Positions 11,999 to 25,290 of a stretch of 58,941 nucleotides of DNA are shown in pieces; position 1 is the stretch's first letter, and each line of letters opens with the position of its first letter. The DNA comes from Octopus bimaculoides (Eukaryota). A model generated the notes under the pieces. The model was not told where the DNA came from. It saw only the letters and a program-made list of their open reading frames with translations, and ran no database searches. A program made the translations under genes and the position numbers. The stretch spans positions 73,061,888 to 73,120,828 of the forward strand of contig NC_068987.1 of the NCBI RefSeq assembly GCF_001194135.2. The letters are read 5' to 3'.

Positions 11999-12614
11999 TT
12001 GTGTGCGTGCATGCGCGCACATGCATGACTATGTTTTCCTCTTGCTTGACCCAACCAAGCATAGAAAAGACATTAAATCAAAGATGTTGAGGATTCCATG
12101 AGGAGGGTGGAAGAGGAAGAGAATATAGAAAAACGGGAAGAAAGAAATACAAACATTTCAGGTGGTATCCAAACATCTTGTATTATTATATTTTCCAATT
12201 CATACCAGTACAGACCAATGTTTCCTCCAATTTTTAGTAGTCAGTGAGCACAAAAATCGTGTGCAAAATCTTTTTTCCTGCGATAAAAGTATATGTGCAG
12301 TGAATGTATAATAAATATAATTATTAATTATGGCATTATCTTATGTAACTAACCTTTTGGAGATACAAAATCTCCTCAAAGATGGCATCGTTTCTAAAAT
12401 GGTGACCATTTGTTTATGTAGCACACAATTTCTTTTGTGTGATGGTTGCAAATGTGTGTATGTACTCTGCACCAGAAATAGGAGAACCCTTCTCCCACAT
12501 TTAAATTTGATACTGCTTGCTGAAGTTCCTAAAAGCCATATGGAAAATACATGCTTTAAGCCTTAAGACCAATCAAAATACTAAATGGTTCACTGTTTTT
12601 CTCAGCACTGATGT

Positions 12615-12930
12615 CATCATGATCCTTTAATGTCCATTTTCCATGCTGGCATGGGTTGGATAGTTTGACATGAGCTGGCAAGCTGGAGAGCTGCACATAA
12701 TTCCAGTCTGACTTAGACTGGTTTCTACAGCTGGATGCCCTTTCTAACGCCAACCACTTTACAGTGTATGCTGGTTGCTTTCAACATGGCATCAGCAAAA
12801 GTACCCTTTACGTGACACCAGCACAGGAATCTTGCAGGCCAATCCTCTTCACCAGGAGGAGTATTTATAACATATTTGTTGTGGAGATCAGGTCTTCTTG
12901 AGTACAGCAAGGTGCAAGATATCTCAGACC
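12615..12930 (-). mobile_element. 5'-truncated RTE LINE 3' end
   Basis: (CAT)n tail, UTR motif, and CAGGTCTTCTTGAGTACAGC, the reverse of the RTE C-terminal AVLKKT. Confidence 0.7.
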
Positions 12931-13615
12931 TTACAAATTCTTAAGCACTGACCATTGCTTCTGGTACTAAAATGGTTGCCCACTCCAGCTCTACACAGCT
13001 GAACTACTAGAAATAGCAGCCAAATTTCTCTGGAATCACACCTTACCATAAGGGAAGAACACACTGGATAATGTTGTCATAGTTATACAGAATAAGAGTG
13101 CACCTGCTGAGAGATGACTTGGAACTATACAGCAACATAAAACAGAAAAACATGTAAATACTCTGCAAGTCGGTACTTCAAACAACATTGCCTCGAAGTA
13201 CCATTATTCTACTTATTCAAATATCCAATAAAAGTATAATCCTTTTGAAATTTTTACATCTGACAAATTCATTCTTTCAGTCTTTCAAGTTTTATTTTAT
13301 TTTATCATCATTATCATACTGCTCTTTCAATAATTATTACTGTTATTATTTCTGACATAAACACAACGCAACAAATTTTGGGGAGAGTTGATTCTATTAA
13401 CTCCAAAATATATTTACAAATTCAGAAGAATGAAAGGCAAATATCAATTCTAGAGGGGTTTCAACATGTAAGAGAATGTGGCAAATTAAACACTATCATT
13501 TCTGTCACCTTGTAATAATAAAAATAAGATAATTAGGATCTGAATAAAGACAAGAAAAGCACAGATGATCTTAGACAGTAGCTGGGTACTAGGTATTAAA
13601 GACACCAACATAAAT

Positions 13616-14330
13616 CATCATCATTTAAATGTTCATTTTCCAAACTGGCTTGGATTGGACAGTTTGGTATAATCCAACAAGACATGGGATTGCACTGAGT
13701 TCCAGCGTCAGCTTTAGCCATGGGTTCTACAGCTGAATGCCCTGCCCAATGCCCACTACATTACAGTGTGTGCAAGGTGCTTTTTATGTGCTACAAGCAC
13801 TAGTGAAATTGCTGAGTAACTTGCAAAACAGAAAATGAACAGGGTGGGGGAGCTCCTACAAACTAAGTGGAGGGGTGGTATTTGAGAGCAGAAGATGATT
13901 TTGTGCCAGGTGTTGAAAGGCTAAAGTATGATAGGAGGACAAGAACAGGTGTCTTGCTATTAAGGAGATACATGGCTATCCCACTTGTATACGAGTGTGT
14001 GGGAGTAGTTGGAAAGAGATAAAAGAAGGTAGTAACAGAGTGTCAGAGCAAACTTTCAAAGTACAAGAAGAGGAGCATAAGACCGGATATGGACAGTGGT
14101 TCATAGGAGGGGAGGAGAGAGTGGACTTTCATATGAGTGTGAGGTGAGAGTAACAGATGGTTGGAGATGAGGGTAGAGGTAGATGTAATGAATAGGGGTG
14201 GTGGTACAGTTGGATGGAAATATCAGAGTGGGAAGATGTAAGGTGGGGAGATAGAAGTAGGTCAGGAAGAATGGATCAGAAGGTAGTGAAGAGAAATGAT
14301 TGCACTGTTATAAACACATGATAAATTTAC
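13616..14330 (-). mobile_element. Retroposon with pyrimidine-rich body and RTE-type tail (family H)
   Basis: Reverse complement shares TAGCYATGTATCTCCTT...CTATCATAYTTTAGC and the tail with 31630-32170 (+). Confidence 0.55.
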
Positions 14331-14970
14331 AGAATGAGAAAGTACCTTCAGTGGAAAGTACCTATTGATTGAAGGCATGAGGTCAGCTCCCAGAACATTG
14401 GAAAATGATGAAAAGATACAATGTCAAAATAAATGAAGATATGTTCTAGGGCATACCTATGAAATCTATGTTAGTGTGAGAATGTTAAAATTATTATGAT
14501 AATGATAAATGGTGATAATAATAATAAAAATGCAGTAATAATATAGTATTGGATAGTAAAACAGTTATTGAATAAAATGCCTCATAGTATTTAGTTCAAT
14601 TTCTTTACATTTTGAGTTTACATCCTGCTGAGGTCAACCTTGTTATTTGTTTTCCTAGAGTGGATAACACGAAGAACCAGTTAAGTAATGGGTTTGGTTT
14701 AATGGATTAATGTTGGTGTACCCCTGGGCTTCTTCAAGCATAAGACAACGGTTGAAAATCCTGAACAAGTCTTCTTAGTGTTGCTTGAGCATGAAGACCA
14801 GATGAGGGTGTGAACTCAAACAGTCGAAGCTAATAGCTGAACTCAATGGAATTTGAACTCAAAACACAAAAAGCTGGAATAAACACCAGGAAACATTTTG
14901 ACTGATGCTCTGATGATTATGCCAATCCACTGCCCTGTTATCATCATCATCATTATTATTATCATTATTA

Positions 14971-15187
14971 AGGCAGCAAGCTGGCAGAATCATTAGCATG
15001 CTTGGCAAAATGCTTAGTGGCATTTCATTCTTGTCTATGCTATGAGTTCAAATTCCACCATGGTCAACTTTGCCTTTCATCTATTCAGGGTTGATAAATT
15101 AAGTACCAGTGAAGCACTGGAGTCAATGCAATCGACTAGTCCCTTCCTCCAAAAATTTCAGGCCTTGTGCCTATAGTAGAAAAGATT
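14971..15187 (+). mobile_element. SINE family A
   Basis: AAGCTGGCAGAATCATTAGC...GAGTTCAAATTCC...GCCTTTCATC...TAAGTACCAG...GGCCTTGTGCCTATAGTAGA plus AAT tail. Confidence 0.85.
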
Positions 15188-15410
15188 AATAATAATAATA
15201 ATAGATTGGTACTTGGGTATTAAGTATCTTCCATGATACTTAACATCTAGGTACCAAGACTTATACTTCATAAAAAGAGACCCTGAGAATCCTTGTAAGA
15301 CCTTTGATAACAGGTTGCAGTCCATTATCATGGAAGTAAGATCAAGTAAGATCAAGTAAGATCATGGAAGCAAGTAAGATCAAGAGCTCTAACAAATAAA
15401 ATATAATAAT

Positions 15411-15623
15411 AATCCTTTCTATTATGGGCACAAGGCCAGAAATTTGGGGGAGGGAGTAGTCGATTACATCGATCCCAATACACTACTGGTACTTATTTTA
15501 TTGACCCCGAAAGGATGAAAGGTAAAGTCAACTTCGGCAGAATTTGAACTCAGAATGTAGCAACAAGCAAAATACCGATAAGCATTTCATCCAGCATGCT
15601 AATGACCCTGCCAGCTCACCACC

Positions 15624-15667
<44 letters not shown>

Positions 15668-15690
15668 TTCAAATTTCACCACAAGGCCAG

Positions 15691-15724
<34 letters not shown>

Positions 15725-15875
15725 TGGGGCGGGGATAAATCGATTACATTGACTCCACTACTCAGCTGGTACTTATTGACCCCGAAAGGATGAAAGGCAA
15801 AGTCAACATTAGCAGTATTTGAACTCAGAACACAAAGACAGGCAAAATGCTTAGCAGTATTTTGTTCAGCATGCT
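15411..15875 (-). mobile_element. Two SINE family A copies (15411-15625, 15668-15875)
   Basis: Reverse complement of 14971-15187; separated by (AAT)n. Confidence 0.85.
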
Positions 15876-17707
15876 ATGAGTTTAAATATTGACAAAAAGT
15901 ATTTTTTCAAATTAGAAAGATAAATGCAACAGAAATATTAATAAGTTTTAAGAATTAAGGTCTTGGTAGGCTGGTTGCCATTCACTTTTATAATGGGGAA
16001 CTATTCAGTTCAGTTAGCAATAGACATTATAAGCAATACATAAACAAAGTACGTAGTGCTTGAAAAGAAATTGTATGAGACACCATCATAATCAACATTA
16101 ACATTTCTCCTATTATCATATTTTACTAATTCCTTCTTATATTGTATGTGCGTGTATGTATCATTTTTCATTATTTTTCTACTATTCTGTCTAGACTCTT
16201 ATGCATGTTGTAAAGCTTCACATAGTATGAAATCATTAATCTCAGGTAGTTGTCCTAAACAGGTCAACATCAACAGTGCAGTCATAAAGAAAAAAAAAAA
16301 AAGAAAATGAGTGTACAAACACTCGCGTACGTAACCCAAGTTATGTCCTACAAACTTATTACTTTCTACTTTTAATGAGTTGTGTTAAAGTAATTAGAAC
16401 ATGGCATGACATTTCATTTCTGTAGTTTTTAAAGACCCAGGTGTTTGTTTATGCTGGCACACAAAATGATGTCATACTTATAATACAATCAGGGCAGTCC
16501 TCTCTCTAATTCCAGTGCTTTGTGTAGGTGGGATAGGTGTCAGTAGTGTTATTGTGCCAGCAGTCGAAAATAAACATCAAAACAAAATGTAGTTGATTAT
16601 TGAATATCATGAGTAAATAGAATCTTATAATACCAGTGTCGGAAGTGAAGATTTTAAAATCACAGTTATCATTGTAAACATTCTACTAAAGCAATTTGCA
16701 CCTCATGAGTTGTTCAAAGTGTTTGTTCTTTTACTGTCACAGTAGTTAAATCCTAAAATTCTACACTCATTACTTTACATCAATTTTTCTAAGCTGGTAT
16801 GGATCAGCTAAGCCTCAACACCTTACCACTTGTTGTTTAATCATTATACAAATTTTTACTGCTTTAGGTTACATGATCCAAGTATTAAATTAAGTGTTAG
16901 ATAACAATAACCAACTGATATAACCTAGAAAATTAGTGGAAAATTACTCCATATTTTCAAAGTTTACTGGCAGAAATTGTAACTTTTGTGCTCATCATCA
17001 CTAAGTGCTTGGGTTCATAGTTGACCACAGCAGAACTAGTACTCGCTCCATAAATTAACGAATATGTTGATAATGAGAAAGAAAAATAGTTACATGTCAG
17101 TCCTTGTCTTTCCAATGGACTCTGTATGAACTGAATGAAAGATTACTAGATTAACCATAGAAAAGTTTCAAATAGAGAGAGATTAGGGTAGTCTTTTCCC
17201 CAGCTGTTCCGATGCAAATTTAATGAGCTATTGACTCTTCCATCCCATTGTAGCACACAATGCAGATAATATATAGACCATGGAGTAATTAGATACCTTG
17301 TTGACCAGATATTATTTATTAATCTAGAAAATGCCTAATGATTTCTTATATTACAAGATGGCAGAATTTGACAGTAGATTCCACAAAACAAGACTAGGTA
17401 AATCCAGGTTGATATAAATAACTACTGCTATGAAAATGTAATAAAAGGTAATAAAATAACAGCAGAAAACTGTCCCGTTTTTCATATGCAATCAACAATA
17501 TTGCCCAGGTCCTCATAGGTCTAATGCTAATCTATGTATGCTATAGTTGTGCATGTAAAGACATTAACACATTGCTTTGCTGGGGAAAGGGGAAAGGCTA
17601 TATTGCAGTCACAAAAGCTCTCTAAGTAAAATCTCCTGAATAGACTGTACTGCTGCAAATATGTAAAACATGTAAAGAATGAGTGAAAATTAATTTCAAG
17701 GTGTCTT

Positions 17708-17925
17708 AAGGTGATGAGCTGGGAGAATCATTAGCATGCTGGGGAAAATGCTTAGTGGCATTTCATCCATCTTTACACTCCTAGTTCAAGTTCAACTAGG
17801 TTCGATTTTGCCATTCAGCCTTTCAGGGTTGATAAAATAAGTTCTGGTTGAACACTAGGGTCGATTTAATTTACTTAGCCCCTCCACCCACCAAAAAAAT
17901 GCTGGCCTTGTGCCCAAATTTGAAA
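17708..17925 (+). mobile_element. SINE family A
   Basis: GAGCTGGGAGAATCATTAGCATGCTGGGGAAAATGCTTAGTGG...GCTGGCCTTGTGCC. Confidence 0.8.
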
Positions 17926-17984
17926 CCAATATTAAGGTGTCTTTCAAGGCCTTTGTTAACCAAAGCAAACTATAAGACAGTCAT

Positions 17985-18285
17985 AACCATCATTGTTTCA
18001 CATCCTCCTCCCACACTGGCATGGGTGGGACGGTTTGACAGGAGCTAACCAGATACAGCCTGTGCCATGCTTGTGTGTGTTTTGGCATAGTTTTTTATGG
18101 CTGGATGTCCTTCCTAACACCATAGAGTGGACTGAGTGCTTTTCATGTGGCAGCAGTACAAGCAAGGTCAGTTTTAGCATGGCTTTTACAGCTGGATGCC
18201 CTTCCAAGCACCAACGATTTTACAGTGCTGACTGGATGCTTTTTACATGGCATTAGCACTGGAAGAGTCCCCAAGTAACTTGCAA
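17985..18285 (-). mobile_element. RTE-type 3' end
   Basis: GGCATGGGTGGGACGGTTTGAC and twice-occurring GCTGGATGYCCTTCC motif. Confidence 0.65.
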
Positions 18286-18477
18286 GAGAAAGTGGGTATA
18301 GTTTTCTAGACTAGTAACTCATATTTAGATAAGAAAGTCAGATAAAGAAATCCTTTGCTGATATTCGAAGGATTTTTTTCTTTCTTCCATAAGAGAAATT
18401 ACCAAAGGAGCTGGAACTATCATCATGGTGCAGACCTAGAAATCACTAAAATAAAAAGACAGACCTCACTGATAAAG

Positions 18478-18720
18478 TGGGAGCATATTGCTTAGTGGTT
18501 AGAATGTTGGACTTAAGATTATAAGATTGTGGTTTCAATTCTGGACTAGGCAATGCTTAGTGTCCTTGAGCAAAACACTTCATTTCATGTTGCTTCAGTC
18601 CACTCAGCTGGCAAAAATGAGTATTCCTGCAATGGACTGACATCCCTTCTAGTGAATAATATATATGCCACAGAAACCAGGGAAACTGATCCAATGAGTC
18701 TATATGGCTTGGAAAGGAGT
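18478..18720 (+). mobile_element. tRNA-headed SINE with CORE-like domain (family D)
   Basis: GCTTAGTGGTTAG A-box, GGTTTCAATTC B-box, GTGTCCTTGAGCAAAACACTT...CAGTCCACTCAGCTG; related copy at 40238-40485. Confidence 0.65.
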
Positions 18721-19899
18721 TTTTCTTTTTCTTTTTTTGTATTGATACAATTTATGCAGCATATACCTGCAAATTTCCACAATAACAAAGGAATTCATCA
18801 CCACCACCACCCCATTTTCTCACATATGCTGCATTTTTCTTTTTGGCAAACACTAGGGCTTGATTCAGGGAAATGTGGAGAGATTTAGCTGTTATATCTA
18901 GCAAGTCGGGTGACTATGTAGAGGATCCTTCTTTGACACCACACAAAAAAAGACTTATCAGAACTGTTTGTGGCAGCAACAGTTGAATAACACAGAGGCT
19001 AAACTATTTAGGACAGTTTCACAAGCCAACTAAAACAGGGCAGCAGCCAGTCAGCTGTTGAAGCCACAATTAGAACCTCCTTCCTCTGTTCCAAAATCCA
19101 GTACTTCATTGACTTCGTAAGGTCAGCGTCATTATTATATATCTAGAGAGAGGATGTGGATGTTTTATTGACTACGGATAAAAATAATAATAATAATAAT
19201 ATTAAAAAAGGAGGTCAAAAGTTACGGGTTTTAGCATCACATGAACTGCTGGAAAAAAAAGAAAAAAACAACAAAACTAGGTTAAAACAACAAAATGCAT
19301 GTTCCATGCAGGGAATGTGGGGTGGAGGGGATATCAGTGGCATTAGAGGAAAGTGAGAGGTAACAGGTGCTACTGTATTTTAGATCTTGCCAAAACAATC
19401 CCAGTAATTGGTTCTTCACATGTTATTAGTGTCTTTGGGAAAGACATGACTATCACACACCCCCATTTTCCTGCCTCTTCTACAAGAAATAATCACACAT
19501 TAATAATCTAATTGATCCCAAACACTGTATACCAGCATAGATAATATGCTCAGGAAACAGCAGCAGTCATGCTGCTACAATTAAATTCACTTTTTCTGCC
19601 TATGTTATTGACCACAACAGGATAGTCATAGCTGGAACACCGCTGGTGGTTGGGTCTGCTCAATCAGAGTTGATTTGGGGCTAAATAACATTATTGACCT
19701 AAACTGAGGGATGATTGGCAAAAACTGAACTCAGACGGTAGAGGAATGTTATCTAAAATTCAGGTATTTAATGCAATGAGGGGACAAAAGAGCTAAGTGG
19801 ACAGCATACTGACCAACCCAGATGAATGCTCAATAGTTTGGAGCTGACTCCCAGCAATGTGCTGTCTTCACAGCTAAGACACTTAGCTCTCAACTGATC

Positions 19900-20226
19900 C
19901 AGTTTATCATTTACAACAATTTTTTTATCTATGGACACCTTTGATTATCATTTTCTTCTGGTGGATCCCCATTTGCATTCAATGTTTAAAAACTAGTTTT
20001 ATAGAAACTTCTTTCAAAATTCCTATTTTGTTTTTCACACATTAACTTCTGTAGGTTGAACAATGTAAAATGTTAAAGAAACCTTGCTGTTTCTTGCAGA
20101 ACATACCAATACATACAAGTAAAATTTTTTCAGGGGTCCTTAAAATACTATTGTGGATTTCCAGTTTACTATTTTGTTGCATGGACCCCAAAAAAATCTT
20201 ATATGGATCCTATTTGAGAACCACTG
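19900..20226. mobile_element. hAT-type MITE, family 1 (left end decayed)
   Basis: Right TIR TTTGAGAACCACTG; body similar to 44181-44416. Confidence 0.65.
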
Positions 20227-22061
20227 ATCTAGCTGTAAAAAGTTATGACAAGGTATGAGCTTCTATAATAATACAGTAAAATTGATGAGTGAATTTTTAG
20301 CTTACAGCACTGAGTTGAAAAGTGTTGGCTGTCCCAAAGTCAAAATTAGTTACCCATTGTTAAGATATCTTTGTTCACAAAAATTCTAGTAATTCATTCA
20401 ATCATCAGATAATTCAACTAAGAAGGAAATAAAGACATATGTAATTCTTTAAACAGGCTGTAATTCACAAATGATAAGAATACTAACTCACTCTGTTTGA
20501 CAGATACCACTTACATTAAAACAAAGACACACAATATAATACTATAGTGCCATGTATTAAATTAAGATAAAGTAAGATATTAAGATTAAAAGGGGGGGGG
20601 GGGCAAACAAAAATACGATCTGCAATAAATTAGAATTTGACAAGACTTCTAGAATATCATGGACAATTACTAGTATGCAATAGCATACTGTTCAAAAACA
20701 GTTTGCTGTTACAAAAAAACTTCAGGCCTCACAGACACTGTCGCCAAAATTCTGATACAATATCATCCTAAGAAAACTAATATTCTAGTCATTCAGTCAA
20801 GACTAACTCCAGGAACACTTAAAAGCATTATTTCTCCTACCAAGCCCAGACAAACATAAAAAGTATATACACACTAAAAACTGCTTCAAGATCAATAAAA
20901 TCAATGATAATATGACACCCCAAACATCATGCTGGGATTCATACCATCAATCATAAGTGCAGAGGAACAATGACTGTTGTACTTGGAGTCCACCTTGCTC
21001 ACCTCTTATGTCCAACATCAGAACCTATAAACATACAAGAACAGACTAGGAAGTAAAGAAAAAGCAATATGCTCAGATTGGTATTTTGTATGCCATATGA
21101 TAAACCGCAGCAGGACAGAGTACACAATATGGTCCTGCTCTAGGCAGAAGCATACTAAAGAGCAAATATGAATCACACCTAATTCAACTGAACTAGCTAC
21201 ATGTCAGGTTACTACAAGTCAAATACTACTCTCTGCACACACTAATAAATCATATGCAATCTTTTTTAAGTTAAAGAAAACACGAAGGTGGGTCAACTTA
21301 AACACCAAGACAATTTTGGAGGACCAAAAATTTCATGTGAAATGCAGCAGGATTTGGAAATATGACAACATATGAATGTTTGCATGCTTACACTGTATAT
21401 TATGTTGACTTGTATGTTAGAAAATATGATGAATGTGTGCAGGAAATATTTGGTGTAAAATATATTAAATTTGTAGAACACCAAATGACTATTTCCATTG
21501 AAACACTATTAATTATCTGCATATATTTTGAAGTGAAACAATGTCAAGCTCATATGAAGTGTTTACAATGTCATTGTACATGTGATGGCTTGGATAGTGA
21601 AAAGTAATTACGCCAACCTGTTACTAGTAGTATTATTGTAGATAAATCCACTGAGGATGGAATTGAAATTATAAACAAACTCAAAAATTGTAAAAAAATA
21701 AGTGGGAGAGTTATGTGACTTGCTTATGGGCACAAGTACTACATCGAAGTTTGATTTCCTAACTCTGGGGCTCATTAGTACAGTACCATAACCTTCAAAT
21801 CATATTCACTATACTGACCACATGGTCACAAATTCAAATATTACTATTGAGTTTTGACTAAATAAAAACTAGTTCATGACTGAGTGACCAGCAGTATGAA
21901 GTGGTTTGGGATATAAAAACAATCACTCAGAGATGGACAAAACACATCCTAGTAATACAAGCAAGGATGTAAAATAAGTTTTAAAAAAATTCTCTAAATA
22001 CCATTTCCAGAGAGGAAAGTGAAAGCCAATATCAATTAGTTTATTCTTTTATTATATATGT

Positions 22062-22201
22062 GCAGGCATAACTGTGTGTTTAAGAAGTTTGCTTCCCAAC
22101 AACTTGGTTTTGAATTCAATTCCACCACATGGCACTTTGGACAAATGACTTCTAAAGCCCCAGGCTGATCAAAGCCTTGTGAGTGAATTTGATAGACAGA
22201 G

Positions 22202-22258
<57 letters not shown>

Positions 22259-22275
22259 GAAAGAGAGAGTGAGTG
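22062..22275 (+). mobile_element. SINE family C head followed by (GA)n/(GACA)n
   Basis: GCAGGCATAACTGTGTGTTTAAGAAGTTTGCTTCCCAAC...GTGAGTGAATTTGATAGACAG. Confidence 0.7.
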
Positions 22276-24014
22276 TGTGCGCGTACACTTCCTTGTCTTC
22301 CCTGAAACATGTTTGGCCATAGGAAAATGTTACCTTGCTTTGAAACAAGTAAGGGTTGCAAGAGAAGCGCATCCATCCAAGGAAGATTTACCTCAATGAA
22401 TTCTGTCTGGCCCAAGCAAGAAAGGAAAGGTTGGCATTAAGATAGTGGCAGCGATGGTGGCAATGGCTTTTATGATGGTTCTTTCAGAGTGCCTATTCAA
22501 GACTTTTGTCGCACTCTTGTGACTTGCCTCAGCTACTGCTGTATTGCATTTTCCAGCAGGTGTGGCAGATATTGCAAGAGTATAACAACAAAATAGCTGT
22601 TACTCATAACAAAATATTGATTTCTAAACATAGAACAAATTTATGAGATTAAATTAAATCACCCCAATTAGTTGACTGGTGGTTCTTTCCATCAACCCCA
22701 AAAGGATTAAAAGTGAAGTTGATTTCAGTGACATTTGAACTCAAAACAAAAGGCCACAACTGAATACCACAAGAGACAGAGGATCACACATTCATGTTTG
22801 ATGCACTATCGCTTCTGCCAATCTTTTAGGAGGAAAAAAATAGAAAGCGGACAATAGTAATCAGAGTATGTGATGAATTATTTGTGAAGATACCTCTACA
22901 AAAGCAATACTTGTTTCAACAAGTTTCTACATCAAAACTCTTACCAAATATATAAAAAGGAAGGAAAATTGTGAATATTATGTCTCCGTATGCTTACTTT
23001 GTATTATGCATGTTCTAGAGTCCTACATAGGTCACAGATTGTTTTAAACTAGAATAGAACACTTCTAATCAAGTCTGCTATTAAAAGCTAACTCATTACA
23101 TCACAAAATGTCAGCTGAGACATTGTTGCTAAGATATTACAGAGATCACAACCAATCTACCCACCACCTTCATGCATGCTGGTTCTAATTGTACCTGAAT
23201 AATTCCACCCACACCAAATACATGACATATTACAGAATCTTCAGCTGTTTCTGGTATCTTGGCTACCAGAGAAAAAAGAGAAGGAAAACATTTTCTATAG
23301 AGTATTGATTTCATTGTCATACACACCACCAAACATCAATACAGAACATATTCTGACTTTATCTATTCATAGTGGAAAATCCCAAAAAGTAATCCAAAAG
23401 AAAGCAACAATTATTTTGTGACCAACAAGCTAATGAAGGAATTATTAGCAAAAGTATCATTCATTTTAGAGTTGATGGAGAGACTTAATCAATGCAAATG
23501 TTTACATAGGTATGTATCAGACAATGGGGTATTGTCATTGCTGTTGTGCTAGGGGATAAGAAGAAATAGAGATTTTATTTATAAACTGTATCAATCATCC
23601 AAATGAATATACATATCACAACTTGCTCACAGAGCCACTGAATTGTGCATTCATCATAACTTTGACTAAACAAAAGAATCACAAGGAAGTTTTTGGCATT
23701 ATTTGCCGGGNNNNNNNNNNNNNNNNNNNNNNNNNNNNNNNNNNNNNNNNNNNNNNNNNNNNNNNNNNNNNNNNNNNNNNNNNNNNNNNNNNNNNNNNNN
23801 NNNNNNNNNNNNNNNNNNNNNNNNNNNNNNNNNNNNNNNNNNNNNNNNNNNNNNNNNNNNNNNNNNNNNNNNNNNNNNNNNNNNNNNNNNNNNNNNNNNN
23901 NNNNNNNNNNNNNNNNNNNNNNNNNNNNNNNNNNNNNNNNNNNNNNNNNNNNNNNNNNNNNNNNNNNNNNNNNNNNNNNNNNNNNNNNNNNNNNNNNNNN
24001 NNNNNNNNNNNNNN

Positions 24015-24063
<49 letters not shown>

Positions 24064-24846
24064 TACATAAGATGAGATAGTCAAAGCTAGAACAAGCACT
24101 GATCATAGATACAAATGATCAGGGTTAACCTGGTGTTAAACAATATGATTTCCTATGTTGGGGAAGATAGTTAAAGCAATCATCAATTGACAATATTGAT
24201 TAACTTTGAATCGCAGAAAAATTGAAAGCAAAGCAAAAACCTCCATGATAGCATTTTTAGTCTGAATGTTTCATCATCATCATTTCAGCATCCACTCTTC
24301 TATGCTTGCATGGGTCAGATGGAGTTTATCAAGGAAGATTTTCTACAGTCAGACATATTCTCACTGAATACGGGAAATTAATGCACTGTTTGTATGACAG
24401 TGACACACAATATTTCAGACAAAGAGACACAAACATACACACTCACACACATGTATGATGGGATTCTTACAGTTTCCATTAAGCAAATCTTCTCAAAAGG
24501 ATTTGGTTGGCCAGAAACTATAGGAGACATGCCCACGGTGCCTCACAGAAAAACTGAACCCAAAACCATGTGCTTGGGAAACAAACTTTTAACCGCACAA
24601 GCACGTAATTGTTTATTATCAACTGCTTATTTTTATCAAAATTAGTAGGGTCAAACACTTTATTTGCTTAGTGTTTAAGGAAACTAAATGTTCTTTATCA
24701 TTTCTGGCATGTTATTGCTCTTGAAAAGTCATACAGTCCATAAACCAAGAAACATTATCTAATAGTGTTCCACCAAATTAAATATCAGATGAACAGGCTG
24801 ATAAAACCTCAGATACAAACTGACAAATTCCAGATCATGGGTTTAA

Positions 24847-25290
24847 TCCTTTGGCATTTAAACCAACCATATCTGACTTAAATGTTCTACCTGTTTTATT
24901 TTCAAACCAGCCTGATCCACCCTTTTAAACCTACTCTGTATCATTCTAAACAATAAAATTGCAGCAAAGCTGCAGGATAGTGGTGTCAGACATGACATGC
25001 AGACCATCATATAACTTGTTTGACATTGCACTTTTATTCTTCTCTTCCGTTTTATGAATTCAGTGTGCACATGCACATTGCGTGTTCATTCTTTTTTTCC
25101 AGTTCCTACTCACAACTGTTCACAGCCATCTCATGAACTGCATTCATGAGAAGCGCTTTGTGTTCTGATGGTTGTGAAAAATGCTATCACATCATCGAAA
25201 TTTTGAAGCTGCAAGATAATGCACAACTAATTGAATACAATGTGAATAAATACGCATTACAATTGACAGAGTAACCTGAATACTAAAGAG
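24847..25290. mobile_element. piggyBac-type MITE, copy 3, carrying a ~228-bp insertion (about 24959-25186)
   Basis: TTAA at 24843-24846 and 25291-25294; MITE body resumes at TCACATCATCG after unrelated sequence. Confidence 0.8.

Noticed and set aside
13172-13202. 8-bp perfect hairpin GGTACTTC/GAAGTACC
   Set aside because: Too short to exceed chance in 59 kb.
16818-16915. Strong acceptor/donor pair on the minus strand
   Set aside because: Stops in all three frames; could only be non-coding, and there is no other support.
18478-18545. tRNA-like A/B boxes (also 601-660, 40238-40305, 55700-55750)
   Set aside because: SINE heads; no cloverleaf or acceptor stem.
18403-20318. Further microexon-like patterns (18403-18435, 19226-19248, ~20296-20318 on -; 19105-19119 on +; also ~42664-42685 on -)
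   Set aside because: Such patterns occur on both strands at a rate consistent with chance in AT-rich DNA, with ordinary AG-exclusion zones.
21001-21022. Microexon-like GTTCTGATGTTGGACATAAGAG with good splice sites
   Set aside because: Lies in a stretch (about 20640-21250) that weakly resembles a decayed plus-strand RTE RT (YLESTL); likely chance.
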